A stretch of DNA of 47,820 nucleotides from Candidatus Aenigmarchaeota archaeon LH_S6 (GCA_023659935.1 JAGXOK010000003.1:1-47820), one strand, 5' to 3'; counted from the stretch's first letter, positions 9,470 through 19,133 are shown. Notes: generated by a model from the sequence alone, not told the origin. Made by a program: numbers and translations.

Positions 9470-9556
9470 TTAAGTTTTTCGCGTTACTAATAAATTCATC
9501 GCATTTTTAAGATGTTTTTCTATTCTCCTGATTATAGAAATTGTTCTTATATTCAT
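9470..9556 (-). pseudogene. Possible truncated HEPN (DUF86-like) partner of the MNT gene, 28 codons
   Basis: The ATG overlaps the MNT stop (ATGA at 9553-9556). The product MNIRTISIIRRIEKHLKNAMNLLVTRKT resembles only the first helix of DUF86-type HEPN proteins and then terminates. Confidence 0.25.
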
Positions 9557-9918
9557 GCTAAAACACCTCTACCAATTTTTTTATATAAATAAGTATTGTC
9601 AAGATATTCTCTCAAAACTTGTCTCTTTATTTCCATGAAATAATCTTCATTTCTGACAAAAAGAACTTTTCCATATTTTAAAACTTCAAACTGGATATAT
9701 AAAGGCAATCTGTGAAATGGAGCAACATCCAACTTATTTGATGAATAAGTTGCTACTTCTGTCTCTGTCTCTTTATCATTATCTTTAATTATTACTGCAA
9801 TATCAATATCTGACAGAGGCTTAACCTGATTTTTTGCATAGGAACCAAATAAAATTATTGACATAACTTTTTTATATTTCTTCAGTTCTGAAACCAGGTT
9901 CTTAATTTCCTTATCCAT
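9553..9918 (-). CDS. Minimal nucleotidyltransferase (MNT-type, antitoxin-like)
   Basis: The nucleotidyltransferase-fold signature ILFGSYAKN...SDIDIAVI is present (GS ... DxD). Confidence 0.85.
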   Translation of the reverse strand: MDKEIKNLVSELKKYKKVMSIILFGSYAKNQVKPLSDIDIAVIIKDNDKETETEVATYSSNKLDVAPFHRLPLYIQFEVLKYGKVLFVRNEDYFMEIKRQVLREYLDNTYLYKKIGRGVLA

Positions 9919-10143
9919 AATAAAACTAGAGAAGTTAAATAATGAGTGCTAAAGAACAGATAAAGGAACTTGTTGAGAAATACAATTATACTAGATGACT
10001 TATAATTAGTTCCCAATAAAATTAGAAGTGAATTCATCAGAATACTTTGCTCAATCGCTCATCCTCTTTCTTTATAAATTTTTTAAGTTTTTCTATCTTC
10101 ATAAAAAAAAGAAAATCCTAATTAAATAATTCCCTATACAATT

Positions 10144-12396
10144 ATGAGATTAAGTCTCTCCTTCTCAGAAATCAGGAATAAAGATGTTCCAAAAGTTGGT
10201 GGGAAGAATGCAAGTCTTGGGGAGATGTATTCACAGTTGAAAAATAGAGGGATAAGGGTTCCGAGTGGTTTTGCTTTAACAAGTGAATCCTATGACTACT
10301 TTATCAGGGAAAACAGACTTGACAGGGAAATTAAAGAAACTCTTTCTGATTTAGATGTAAAAAATATTAAAAATTTAAGAGAAAAAGGAAAGAGAGTCAG
10401 AGAATTAATCTTAAAATCAAAAATCCCTAAAAAACTAGAAAAAGAAATTTTAGAGAGTTACAAAAAACTTTGCAGAGAATATAATAAAGAAATATCGGTT
10501 GCTGTGAGGAGTTCTGCAACTGCAGAGGATTTGCCAGAAGCAAGTTTTGCGGGGGCACAGGAAACTTATTTAAATGTAAGAGGAGAGAAAGAATTATTAA
10601 AGGCTATTGTGAAATGTTACTCTTCTCTTTTCACTGACAGAGCAGTTTCCTATAGAAAGGAGAAAGGTTTTGGACAATTTTCTGTTAAATTATCAGTAGG
10701 AATTCAGAAGATGGTCAGGAGTGATGTTGCATGTTCTGGAGTAATGTTTACTCTGGATCCAAACACAGGTTTTAGAAATGTTGTTTCTATTGAAGGAAGT
10801 TATGGGCTTGGAGAATATGTTGTAAAAGGAATTGTAAAACCTGATTCATTTTTTGTATTTAAGCCAACAGGAAAAGTTATCAATAAGGAAATTGGAGACA
10901 AGAAAGTTAAATTAGTTTTTTCAAAAACAGGAACAAAACAGGAGAAAATCAAGTCAAAAGATAAAAACAGATTTATTCTGACCGACAAAGAAGTAGAAGA
11001 ACTTGCGAGTTATGCAATTAAAATTGAAAAATATTATAAAAAACCGATGGATATAGAATTTGCAAAAGATGGAGAAGACAAAAAATTATATATTGTTCAG
11101 GCAAGACCAGAAACAGTCCATACAAAGAAAAAAGAAATTAGTAAATATACTTTAGTTAAAAAAACCAAAAAATTGGCAGAAGGTCTCGCTATTGGTAGGA
11201 AAATATCCTCAGGAAAAGTACATATTATTAAAAATATAAACCAGATAGAAGAATTTAAACAGGGAGAAATTCTTGTTGCAAGGCAGACAAACCCTGATTG
11301 GGAGCCGATAATGAAAATAGCTTCTGGAATTATAACTGAGCAGGGAGGAAGTACAAGTCATGCCTCCATCGTTTCAAGAGAGTTAGGTATCCCCTGCATC
11401 GTGGGAGCACAAAACACAATGAAAAAGTTAAGAAATGGGCAGAAAGTAACAATAGATTGTACAAGTTCAAAAGGAATTGTCTGGGAAGGAAAATTAAATT
11501 ATAAAATCAAAAAAATTAACATTGAAAAGTTACCTAAAACAAAAACAAAAGTTATGCTAATTCTTGGAACTCCTGAAGAATCTTTTGATTTGGCTTTTTT
11601 GCAACCTGATGGAATTGGTCTGGTAAGGATAGAATATATTATAACTAACTGGATAAAAATGCATCCTCTTTACGCAATAGAAAAGAAAAAACAGGAATTT
11701 TATGTTCAGAAACTTGCAGAAGGAATTGGAATGCTTGCCGCCTCAGTTTATCCAAATCAAATTATAGTAAGATTTTCTGATTTCAAGACAAATGAGTACA
11801 GGAATTTACTTGGTGGAAAAAAATATGAGCCAGTAGAAAACAATCCAATGCTTGGTTGGAGAGGGGCATCGAGATATTCAGACGAAAAATTTAAACCCGC
11901 TTTTTTGTTAGAGAGTGAAGCAATAAAAAAAGTCAGGGAGGAAATGGGCTTAAAAAATGTTGATGTAATGGTTCCCTTTTGTAGAACAATTAAAGAAGCA
12001 AAAGATGTTTTAAAAATTTTAAGTGAGAATAAGAGGAAATTAAAAGTTTATGTAATGGCAGAAATTCCTTCAAATATTATTCTTGCAGAGGAATTTTCAA
12101 AATTGTTTGATGGTTTCTCAATTGGCTCGAACGATTTAACCCAGTTGACTTTAGGGATAGATAGAGATAATCCAACTCTTGGTTTTGATGAAAGAAACGA
12201 GGCAGTGAAAAAATTAATATCTGAGTTAATCAGATTTGCACATAAGAATAAAAAACCAGTTGGAATCTGTGGTCAGGCCCCATCAAAATACACTGAATAT
12301 GCAAAATTTTTGTTGGATAATAAAATAGATTCCATCTCTGTTAATCCTGATGTTTTCTTGGAGACAAAAATTAGGGTTTCAAAAATGGAGAAATAG
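10144..12396 (+). CDS. ppsA: Phosphoenolpyruvate synthase (pyruvate, water dikinase)
   Basis: 750 aa. N-terminal ATP-grasp region (VGGKNASLGEM), phosphohistidine swivel motif GGSTSHASIVSRELGIPCIVG, and C-terminal PEP-utilising barrel (GFSIGSNDLTQLTLGIDRD). Confidence 0.95.
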   Translation: MRLSLSFSEIRNKDVPKVGGKNASLGEMYSQLKNRGIRVPSGFALTSESYDYFIRENRLDREIKETLSDLDVKNIKNLREKGKRVRELILKSKIPKKLEKEILESYKKLCREYNKEISVAVRSSATAEDLPEASFAGAQETYLNVRGEKELLKAIVKCYSSLFTDRAVSYRKEKGFGQFSVKLSVGIQKMVRSDVACSGVMFTLDPNTGFRNVVSIEGSYGLGEYVVKGIVKPDSFFVFKPTGKVINKEIGDKKVKLVFSKTGTKQEKIKSKDKNRFILTDKEVEELASYAIKIEKYYKKPMDIEFAKDGEDKKLYIVQARPETVHTKKKEISKYTLVKKTKKLAEGLAIGRKISSGKVHIIKNINQIEEFKQGEILVARQTNPDWEPIMKIASGIITEQGGSTSHASIVSRELGIPCIVGAQNTMKKLRNGQKVTIDCTSSKGIVWEGKLNYKIKKINIEKLPKTKTKVMLILGTPEESFDLAFLQPDGIGLVRIEYIITNWIKMHPLYAIEKKKQEFYVQKLAEGIGMLAASVYPNQIIVRFSDFKTNEYRNLLGGKKYEPVENNPMLGWRGASRYSDEKFKPAFLLESEAIKKVREEMGLKNVDVMVPFCRTIKEAKDVLKILSENKRKLKVYVMAEIPSNIILAEEFSKLFDGFSIGSNDLTQLTLGIDRDNPTLGFDERNEAVKKLISELIRFAHKNKKPVGICGQAPSKYTEYAKFLLDNKIDSISVNPDVFLETKIRVSKMEK

Positions 12397-12530
12397 ACAA
12401 TTACCGAAATAAAAAGAAATGGGTAGTATTATAGTTATATTGTCTGATAATCAACTTGTAGAATATTTTAGGAGGGAGGATATCCAAAAAATATAAGAAG
12501 AATTTATGGTGACAAAAAACAGATATAAAT

Positions 12531-12689
12531 CTATGATGGACTAAAAAGTTTACCTAACCAATCTCCACCCACCACTAATATATTTCCTAAACCACTTAAA
12601 ATTCCATGCTGGATTAGAGCATAAATAACCAAACCAAGTACTATCAGAAAAAGTATAATTCCAAAAACAACTTTCAATGGCATCTCCAT
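12531..12689 (-). CDS. Small hydrophobic protein (52 aa), below the ORF-track threshold
   Basis: Hand translation gives MEMPLKVVFGIILFLIVLGLVIYALIQHGILSGLGNILVVGGDWLGKLFSPS. It sits 41 nt downstream of, and co-oriented with, the pilin-like operon. Confidence 0.3.
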   Translation of the reverse strand: MEMPLKVVFGIILFLIVLGLVIYALIQHGILSGLGNILVVGGDWLGKLFSPS

Positions 12690-12729
12690 AATTTAAGCAT
12701 TTTATTAATATATCAAAAAGGATTGGTTA

Positions 12730-14328
12730 TTAAGATGGTTTATATTTTACAATATATTGGGAAGTTGCTACTAATTTGTTAGGGGGACAATCTTCAATAA
12801 AATCAATTTTGAGACGAGAATACTGTTCATTATTCCAAGTAGTTGAACTAGTTCCCGTGCACTTAGTATCCAAAGTTACATCCCAGGTATATCCTTCAAT
12901 TACTGTTTCTTTTATTGTTTTATTAATTTCCTCTTCTACATTATTTTGAAATTCATCACAATTCAACTCATTAAAGTGATAAGTAAAATCCTTAAATTTG
13001 TTATTTAATCGTTCTATATACCTAGACAAATTAAAATTAATATTTATTCCACCAAGTCCATATTCATAACCACTAGACTCTGCATAAATTGTTAATCTTC
13101 CATTAACTCTTGGAACTTTTGTTAGGTCACAAAGGTCTAAATCACATTTTTCAATTTTGACACCATTAAACTCAAAAAAATAATCTGGCACTCCCTGCAC
13201 CTCTAAAGTTTTGTGCTTTTCTCCACAGTTTAGGTCTATTTTTTTCCATTTTTTAGGTCTTAGATCATCATCTAAAATTATTTCAATATTATCCTGATTT
13301 TTTAGACATTTGTATTCTTTCTCTTCACTTTTGATTTTGTAGCATTTATATTCTCTACTTGATAGGGAGTTTGTTGAACCTTCTGGAGAACAAAGTGGTC
13401 CAGAAGATAAGCAGGAACCACAAAGACCTGAAACACAATCTTCTCCACTTCCACAGTCTGCTCCTTCTGAACAATGATTTTCTAAACTACCACAAACAAA
13501 ATTACTGAATTCTTCTGAAAAAGCTATTGCTCCCTTTCCTTTTTGACTTAGAATTAAAGTTACTGTAACAGGTTTATCTTCCATATCCCTACAATCACAA
13601 TCAGAACCTCCGCAGGAAATTGGTATTTTTAGAGAGAAATCAAAATCCTCACACTCAATTATATCCTCTAAAACTTCATTTAGTTTTTGTGTTAATCCAG
13701 CTTTAAGTTCATTGGAATTTAATTTTTGAAATTCATATCTACCCATATTTGTAAAGAAATTGTCCGCACAACTATAAACTTCTCCTAAATCCATAAAGTC
13801 AAATTCTGTTCTTATTCTTCTTGTTGTATTTATCTCATTTTTTACATCTTCGCCAAACATTTTGCTACTTAAATAAATCCTATAAATATAATTCCAGGTT
13901 AAATTTTTATTTGTATAATCATAAGATAAACTACTACCAGAACCAGAAGTGTTTATAATAGAAGCATTAACTTTTGCTCCTTCCAAAACATAGTTTGAGG
14001 CGAAATAATCATTTGCTGCTTCTCCCAACCTTTCACTGAATAAATCAATAAAACGTGAATAATCTCCCCAACTATCATTCCATGAAATAGGTTCTTCTTG
14101 AATATTACTAAAAAATCTGTCTGAATCCTCTTCTATTGTTCTCTTCAGATTTGTCTCTGTGTGGGTAAAAGAAGATAATAATTCAGAAAACTGAATTTCT
14201 GGCAGAGTATGATAATAGATTGGAGTTTCTCCAACAGAGCCCATTAAAATAACAAATAAACCGGCAGCTACTACAGTAAGAATCATCATAAGTCCTTGAA
14301 TTCCCCCTTTCATTTTTTTAATTCTCAT
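12730..14328 (-). CDS. Large pilin-like (class III signal peptide-like) Cys-rich secreted protein
   Basis: N-terminus MRIKKMKGG/IQGLMMILTVVAAGLFVILMG. Cys-knot-like motif HCSEGADCGSGEDCVSGLCGSC. The N-terminus is paralogous to that of 14331..15362. Confidence 0.6.
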   Translation of the reverse strand: MRIKKMKGGIQGLMMILTVVAAGLFVILMGSVGETPIYYHTLPEIQFSELLSSFTHTETNLKRTIEEDSDRFFSNIQEEPISWNDSWGDYSRFIDLFSERLGEAANDYFASNYVLEGAKVNASIINTSGSGSSLSYDYTNKNLTWNYIYRIYLSSKMFGEDVKNEINTTRRIRTEFDFMDLGEVYSCADNFFTNMGRYEFQKLNSNELKAGLTQKLNEVLEDIIECEDFDFSLKIPISCGGSDCDCRDMEDKPVTVTLILSQKGKGAIAFSEEFSNFVCGSLENHCSEGADCGSGEDCVSGLCGSCLSSGPLCSPEGSTNSLSSREYKCYKIKSEEKEYKCLKNQDNIEIILDDDLRPKKWKKIDLNCGEKHKTLEVQGVPDYFFEFNGVKIEKCDLDLCDLTKVPRVNGRLTIYAESSGYEYGLGGININFNLSRYIERLNNKFKDFTYHFNELNCDEFQNNVEEEINKTIKETVIEGYTWDVTLDTKCTGTSSTTWNNEQYSRLKIDFIEDCPPNKLVATSQYIVKYKPS

Positions 14329-14330
14329 AA

Positions 14331-15362
14331 CTATGTTAACTTAACACTCAATTTATTATCTTTATTACTCCACTCATTCTTACCATCATCTATTACAGTA
14401 AATGTAATTTTATAATCGCCTTTTTTTGTGTAGGTATGACTGAATTCATGGTAAGAATCAGTTGGAGAAAATTTTGTATCATAACTACTGTCATCATAGT
14501 CTAAAATTATTTCATCTATATCAAAATCATCTGTTACATTTATAAAAAATTCTACTTCTGTATCCTCCTCAAATCCCTTTTCAATTGTTTTATCCCACTC
14601 ACTTGTCCCTTCAAATCTTACACCAATATCTTCTACTTCTGGTGGATTATTTTTCAAGCAGAGTCTTGTCCCTTGCTCCTCTACTTTGCATTTTTCTACA
14701 TTGCTACCTCCTCCACATACAACAAGTTTACACGGACCTACTCCACAAGGGTCATTATTACATTCGCTTCTTCCTGGACCTGTCAGATAAGCACTACATT
14801 CTTTAATATCCCCACAACAATAAACAAACTTAATCCTCATATTTTTTGTTTCTTTTGAAAAAATTGGCATATCTTTGTAAAAGCAATTATAAGGATATTC
14901 TTCTGGAAAACTTACTTTCAAACCTTCCAGTTTATCTCTTGGAAGACCCAAAGAAATTATTAACCCTTTTTTGTCTTTAATAATGTAAGAATTATCTCGT
15001 TTTTTTGTCTTTTCTTCTAGTTTATCCATCAATTCATTATATTCCGTTAAATCAACCTCAGAAGAATATCTATCAACAAATTCCTTTCTACTCAAAACTT
15101 CTTTTTTACTATACTCCATTTTTGCCAACTCATTCAAAGTATTCCAACTCTGTGGAGAATAAGAAAGATAAAATAAAACAGAAGAAGGAAAATAATTCAT
15201 CCACCTATACTCTGTATAAGTTTTTACTTCTATTGGCTCTCCAACTAAAACACTTCTGAAATAAAAACCTATTGTCAGGGTAATGACAAATAGCCCAACA
15301 AAAATAAGAATTACTGGTATAACAGACCATTCGATTCCCCCTCTCATTTTTTTTGTTTTCAT
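14331..15362 (-). CDS. Pilin-like protein with Cys-rich region and C-terminal PKD-like domain
   Basis: N-terminus MKTKKMRGG/IEWSVIPVILIFVGLFVITL. The C-terminus ...FSHTYTKKGDYKITFTVIDDGKNEW shows the PKD pattern. Its start forms an ATGA overlap with the upstream gene. Confidence 0.6.
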   Translation of the reverse strand: MKTKKMRGGIEWSVIPVILIFVGLFVITLTIGFYFRSVLVGEPIEVKTYTEYRWMNYFPSSVLFYLSYSPQSWNTLNELAKMEYSKKEVLSRKEFVDRYSSEVDLTEYNELMDKLEEKTKKRDNSYIIKDKKGLIISLGLPRDKLEGLKVSFPEEYPYNCFYKDMPIFSKETKNMRIKFVYCCGDIKECSAYLTGPGRSECNNDPCGVGPCKLVVCGGGSNVEKCKVEEQGTRLCLKNNPPEVEDIGVRFEGTSEWDKTIEKGFEEDTEVEFFINVTDDFDIDEIILDYDDSSYDTKFSPTDSYHEFSHTYTKKGDYKITFTVIDDGKNEWSNKDNKLSVKLT

Positions 15363-17413
15363 ATTAAGATATCTATTCTAGAATCTTTCAAACTATATTC
15401 TATTGTTTTATCCTTCACAGGATAATGTGCAACAATAAAAGCAGATTCAGCATTGTTGTAAGAATACTCTCCTCTGCAAACTTTTTGTGTAATATTAAAA
15501 ACATAATTTTTATCATCAAACACAGCAACATTTGAAGAATTTAAATTTGGCCAGAGTTTCATCTTTGGGCAAAAACCAGTATCTTCTTCACATACAAATA
15601 ATCCTTTTTCAGTTTTTGTCAAATTTTCGCAACAGAGACCACTTGCATTTATTTTCCATGTTATTTCTGCATTTTCATTTGCTGAACAATTAATAGTATC
15701 TATTTCTTCCCCATTAAAAGTTCTGTTTACCAAAATCACAGGTAAGCATTCTGACATTTCTTCTCTTGAAGGCCAGGATTGGTTTAAAACTTCTTGGCAA
15801 GTATATAAACCTTCACTTACGGAAGGAGGATTTTCTAAATAATTTGGAGAGCAGAAACTCCAGTATTCTTCAGAACATTTAGCACATTCATTAGCAACAC
15901 AATGAGTTTCTACACAATCTCCTGCAACTGTGCAATTAAAAATTCCTGGCCAAGAAGAGCAAGCGGATACAATCGCATAAGTTTCTTTATCTTCAATAAT
16001 TTCATCAATACTTTTATCCTCTAATTTTTCTGTTTCAACAACAACATATTTTATACCAATTGCATCTTTTGGGAGTTCATCAAAAAGATGCATTTGTGAC
16101 TTTGCAAAATCGCAAGCCATATTATGACCACAATCTTTAGTTCTAATCTTAGGGTCGGTACAATGATAATTTATACATTGACCTTCACTAAGATACCAAG
16201 GTAAATTTGTTTCACATCTATTTATACAAAAATCTTCTGCTTTATCCTCACCCCAACTTTCCCTTACATTTTCAACAAGAAGGAAAAATTCCAGGTCGTA
16301 TAGTCCACCAGGCCCAGTTATAGTATGTTTATATGCTTCCTTTGGCCTGCAGATTTTTGCTGACAAATTGCTTTCATTTACCACTCGCCTTGGAATCCTT
16401 GTCTTTAATTCACAATCTCCCTCTCCTTTACTTGAGGGAATAACTGAGAGAACATTTGTTGTATTATTAAAATCCCATTTGAAACCACATTTAGCGTAAA
16501 CTTCTTTTGTTGTCATCCATTCAATAGCTTCTTCTTTTTTTCCTTTTAACCAGTTATAAAGGTCACCAACTAAAGGTATACTACCAATTGCTTCATCTAT
16601 CCAAGAATCTATATCTCCAATTGCACCCCCAATTACAGGTAATTTTAAAATTATCTTTTCTGTAAGAATATCTTTAATTAATGTTTTAGATTTTCTCTCG
16701 TTAGTACCACCATTTACAAGGCAACCTTCCGGATAAGGACCTAATCGATAAAAAACATGAGGCTTTCCTTTAACTCCAACCTGATAAATTCCATCTCTTA
16801 ATTGTGTTGCCAAATTAGTTGTTAACCCCGTAACCATTGCGCCAATTTCAACATTATCCTTATCTGCAACAAAGGTTGTCAGAGGACAAATAGAACTTAA
16901 TTTGTTATGTGGCAATTCTCCGGGCTTTCCCTCGATAAAATCTATATTTCCGCTTTTTGTAATATAATTCTGCAACGTTTCGTCTAATTTTTTATAATCT
17001 TTTTCAGATATTTTTAGATTTCCACATTTCTTATAAACAGATTTACTTTCTGGAGGAACATACAAAGAATAAACATCGCTTCCATCAGAGATAAGCATAA
17101 AATAGTCAGAATCTGGTAAAAAGAATTTAGACATATTTTCAAAAATAGAATTTGCTGTTTCTTCCCTTCCACCTGTAGTTTTCCACTCTTTTAATAAAGT
17201 TTTATTAAAAATATTTGGATAAACAGTTAAATTATTCCAGAGAGAAAGCATATAAGCAAGGTCGCAGGCTGTTACCTTTTCTGGAGTCTCGGTTGGAATT
17301 GTCTGAAAATTAAACCAAAACATCGCAATCATAGCCATTATCCCGACAAATATAGCCAGAGTTATTATATAACCAATCATATTTGGAGGTAAAGTTAAAA
17401 GACCTCGTCTCAT
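15359..17413 (-). CDS. Large pilin-like/signal-anchored Cys-rich secreted protein (684 aa)
   Basis: N-terminus MRRG/LLTLPPNMIGYIITLAIFVGIMAMIAMF. The C-terminal half is very Cys-rich. ATGA overlaps occur at both ends (17410-17413 and 15359-15362). Confidence 0.6.
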   Translation of the reverse strand: MRRGLLTLPPNMIGYIITLAIFVGIMAMIAMFWFNFQTIPTETPEKVTACDLAYMLSLWNNLTVYPNIFNKTLLKEWKTTGGREETANSIFENMSKFFLPDSDYFMLISDGSDVYSLYVPPESKSVYKKCGNLKISEKDYKKLDETLQNYITKSGNIDFIEGKPGELPHNKLSSICPLTTFVADKDNVEIGAMVTGLTTNLATQLRDGIYQVGVKGKPHVFYRLGPYPEGCLVNGGTNERKSKTLIKDILTEKIILKLPVIGGAIGDIDSWIDEAIGSIPLVGDLYNWLKGKKEEAIEWMTTKEVYAKCGFKWDFNNTTNVLSVIPSSKGEGDCELKTRIPRRVVNESNLSAKICRPKEAYKHTITGPGGLYDLEFFLLVENVRESWGEDKAEDFCINRCETNLPWYLSEGQCINYHCTDPKIRTKDCGHNMACDFAKSQMHLFDELPKDAIGIKYVVVETEKLEDKSIDEIIEDKETYAIVSACSSWPGIFNCTVAGDCVETHCVANECAKCSEEYWSFCSPNYLENPPSVSEGLYTCQEVLNQSWPSREEMSECLPVILVNRTFNGEEIDTINCSANENAEITWKINASGLCCENLTKTEKGLFVCEEDTGFCPKMKLWPNLNSSNVAVFDDKNYVFNITQKVCRGEYSYNNAESAFIVAHYPVKDKTIEYSLKDSRIDILI

Positions 17414-17880
17414 TTTTCACTTGTTGGCCCAATTATATAAATAGAGTTTTCATCTACTTTCTCAAAACAGAGAAAAACCTCACAGGGTGTTGTATAACCA
17501 TCAACATTTAAAACCTCCCAAGAACTTTTAGTATATTCATATAAATCCATATTCCCAACCAAAGAATCTGACAGATATGCTCCCTCATTAAAACGCTTGT
17601 TTTTAGGACCCCATATTTCTATGTAAGTTGGATGAATAGTTACTCGATTACAATTTCTTAAACTCACACAGGTGTAAGTTTTAACAGGGGCAGATTGCAT
17701 TAAAAACAAAGTATTTTTTATTTGCGCAATTGTATTTATCTTTAATTCACTCATCCTCTGTGTTGCTAAACCCATTCCCATCTGCTGCCACAAACCTAAA
17801 ATTAAAATCGCAAAAATCAAACCGAAAATAAAAAAGAAATATTCTATTTCTATTCCTTTCTTTTCACTTTTGTTAAGCAT
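17410..17880 (-). CDS. Class III signal peptide (pilin-like) protein
   Basis: MLNKSEKKG/IEIEYFFFIFGLIFAILILG. The G-x-x-x-EY motif followed by a hydrophobic helix resembles the Epd-type QxSxEY pilin N-terminus. Confidence 0.6.
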   Translation of the reverse strand: MLNKSEKKGIEIEYFFFIFGLIFAILILGLWQQMGMGLATQRMSELKINTIAQIKNTLFLMQSAPVKTYTCVSLRNCNRVTIHPTYIEIWGPKNKRFNEGAYLSDSLVGNMDLYEYTKSSWEVLNVDGYTTPCEVFLCFEKVDENSIYIIGPTSEK

Positions 17881-17912
17881 AATATAATTAATTCTTAATA
17901 TTTAATTTGAGT

Positions 17913-18092
17913 ATGGGGAAGGGTTCTATTTTAGCTATTGTTATTATAATAGTCTTATTTCTCATATTATTCTTAATAGGTAGCAATATTGGTTCTTTTA
18001 GTTTTGATGTTTCAAATATACCGATATTAGGTTCTATACAAGATTTTATTGTTGATAAGTGGATTACAGTTTATAGGTTTGCACATGGGTGA
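17913..18092 (+). CDS. Doubtful small ORF with a pilin-like N-terminus; its 3' end lies inside the duplicated IS flank
   Basis: MGKG/SILAIVIIIVLFLILFLIG... The last 16 codons and the stop are encoded by repeat copy 18044..18280. It runs on the opposite strand to the operon. Confidence 0.25.
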   Translation: MGKGSILAIVIIIVLFLILFLIGSNIGSFSFDVSNIPILGSIQDFIVDKWITVYRFAHG

Positions 18093-18280
18093 ATTACCCC
18101 CAACAAGTTAAGAGGCTTCCTGCTTCTCCGGGAGGCTAACCTTATTTAAGAGGTGAACTCCTCTCTCCACAAACTTATATTCCGAGTCCTGCCGTAGTGA
18201 TTTATTTTTGATGTTAATTGAGGCATTTAGGTCTCTAGATATTATTAACCCACAATTAGGACATCTATGTGTTCTTATAG
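18044..18280. repeat. Copy 1 of an exact 237-bp direct repeat (TnpB 3' coding end plus 64 nt of downstream flank)
   Basis: Character-by-character comparison with 18318..18554 found no mismatch. The offset is 274 bp, with a 37-bp unique spacer at 18281..18317. Confidence 0.9.
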
Positions 18281-18317
18281 ATAGTGTTATTTGTATAATA
18301 CACCTTCCCTGACTACT

Positions 18318-18554
18318 TTTTATTGTTGATAAGTGGATTACAGTTTATAGGTTTGCACATGGGTGAATTACCCCCAACAAGTTAAGAGGCTTCCTGCTTC
18401 TCCGGGAGGCTAACCTTATTTAAGAGGTGAACTCCTCTCTCCACAAACTTATATTCCGAGTCCTGCCGTAGTGATTTATTTTTGATGTTAATTGAGGCAT
18501 TTAGGTCTCTAGATATTATTAACCCACAATTAGGACATCTATGTGTTCTTATAG
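18318..18554. repeat. Copy 2 of the exact 237-bp direct repeat (part of the longer TnpB remnant)
   Basis: Identical to 18044..18280. It covers tnpB codons up to the stop at 18382-18384 plus the 64-nt downstream flank. Confidence 0.9.
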
Positions 18555-19071
18555 CTAGAGTTTTTGGAACTTTACAACTACACTGACTACAATCTATTGT
18601 TGTTCCTGCTGGTATAACCTGCTTAACTAACCCACCAGATTCTTCCTCTTTGTAGGTTAGCAATTCAGCAAATTTACCCCAACAGACATCTAAAATATGT
18701 TTTGCTAAATAGGGATGATGAACCATTCCTGTTATATTTAAGTTTTCTATTGCAATATATCCATACTGTTGTGTAAGGTGATAACTTAATTTATGTAGAA
18801 AATCTAATCTTTGGTTTGTTAGGTTTTCATAATCCCTTGCTAATTTCACTCTTTGTTTACTCCTATTAATAGACCTCTTCTTCTTTTTGCTTAATCTTCT
18901 GTGTTCTCTTTTGAGTTTCCTTTCTGTTTTTTTAAGAAATCTTGGATTATCAATAACAGTTCCATCTGATAAAGTAGCAAAATTCTCCCTCCTGAAATAG
19001 TTTGAAAATGCTTTGTTTATCCAAGGCAATTCATTCACCTTGGTTTTCTTGCCTTTGGTTAAGTATAAAGG
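18382..19071 (-). pseudogene. tnpB: 5'-truncated IS200/IS605-family TnpB (OrfB) RNA-guided nuclease remnant
   Basis: Retains NFATLSDGTVIDNPRFLKK..., the RuvC-II region YIAIENLNI, the zinc finger CSQC...CPNC and RuvC-III SRDLNASINI. The WED/REC half and the RuvC-I GIDLG Asp are missing: the frame opens only at the TAA just upstream of 19071. No tnpA is present. Confidence 0.85.
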
Positions 19072-19133
19072 TTATTTAAGTTTGGGGTTTTTAATCGTTG
19101 TGAAAATTTTTTTACAGAATTTCACTCTGATAA

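Noticed and set aside
10800-10988. 62-aa minus-strand ORF inside ppsA
   Set aside because: It is antisense to a confidently identified, well-conserved gene.
12397-12530. Possible tRNA/ncRNA or small ORFs in the ppsA-downstream spacer (for example MGSIIVILSDNQLVEYFRREDIQKI at about 12420-12497)
   Set aside because: I could see no cloverleaf-compatible G+C-rich stems or conserved tRNA boxes. The tiny ORFs have no recognisable motif or context.
14585-15259. Plus-strand ORFs 14585..14806, 14673..14858 and 15005..15259
   Set aside because: They are antisense to 14331..15362 and have low-complexity Leu/Phe/Tyr/His-rich products.
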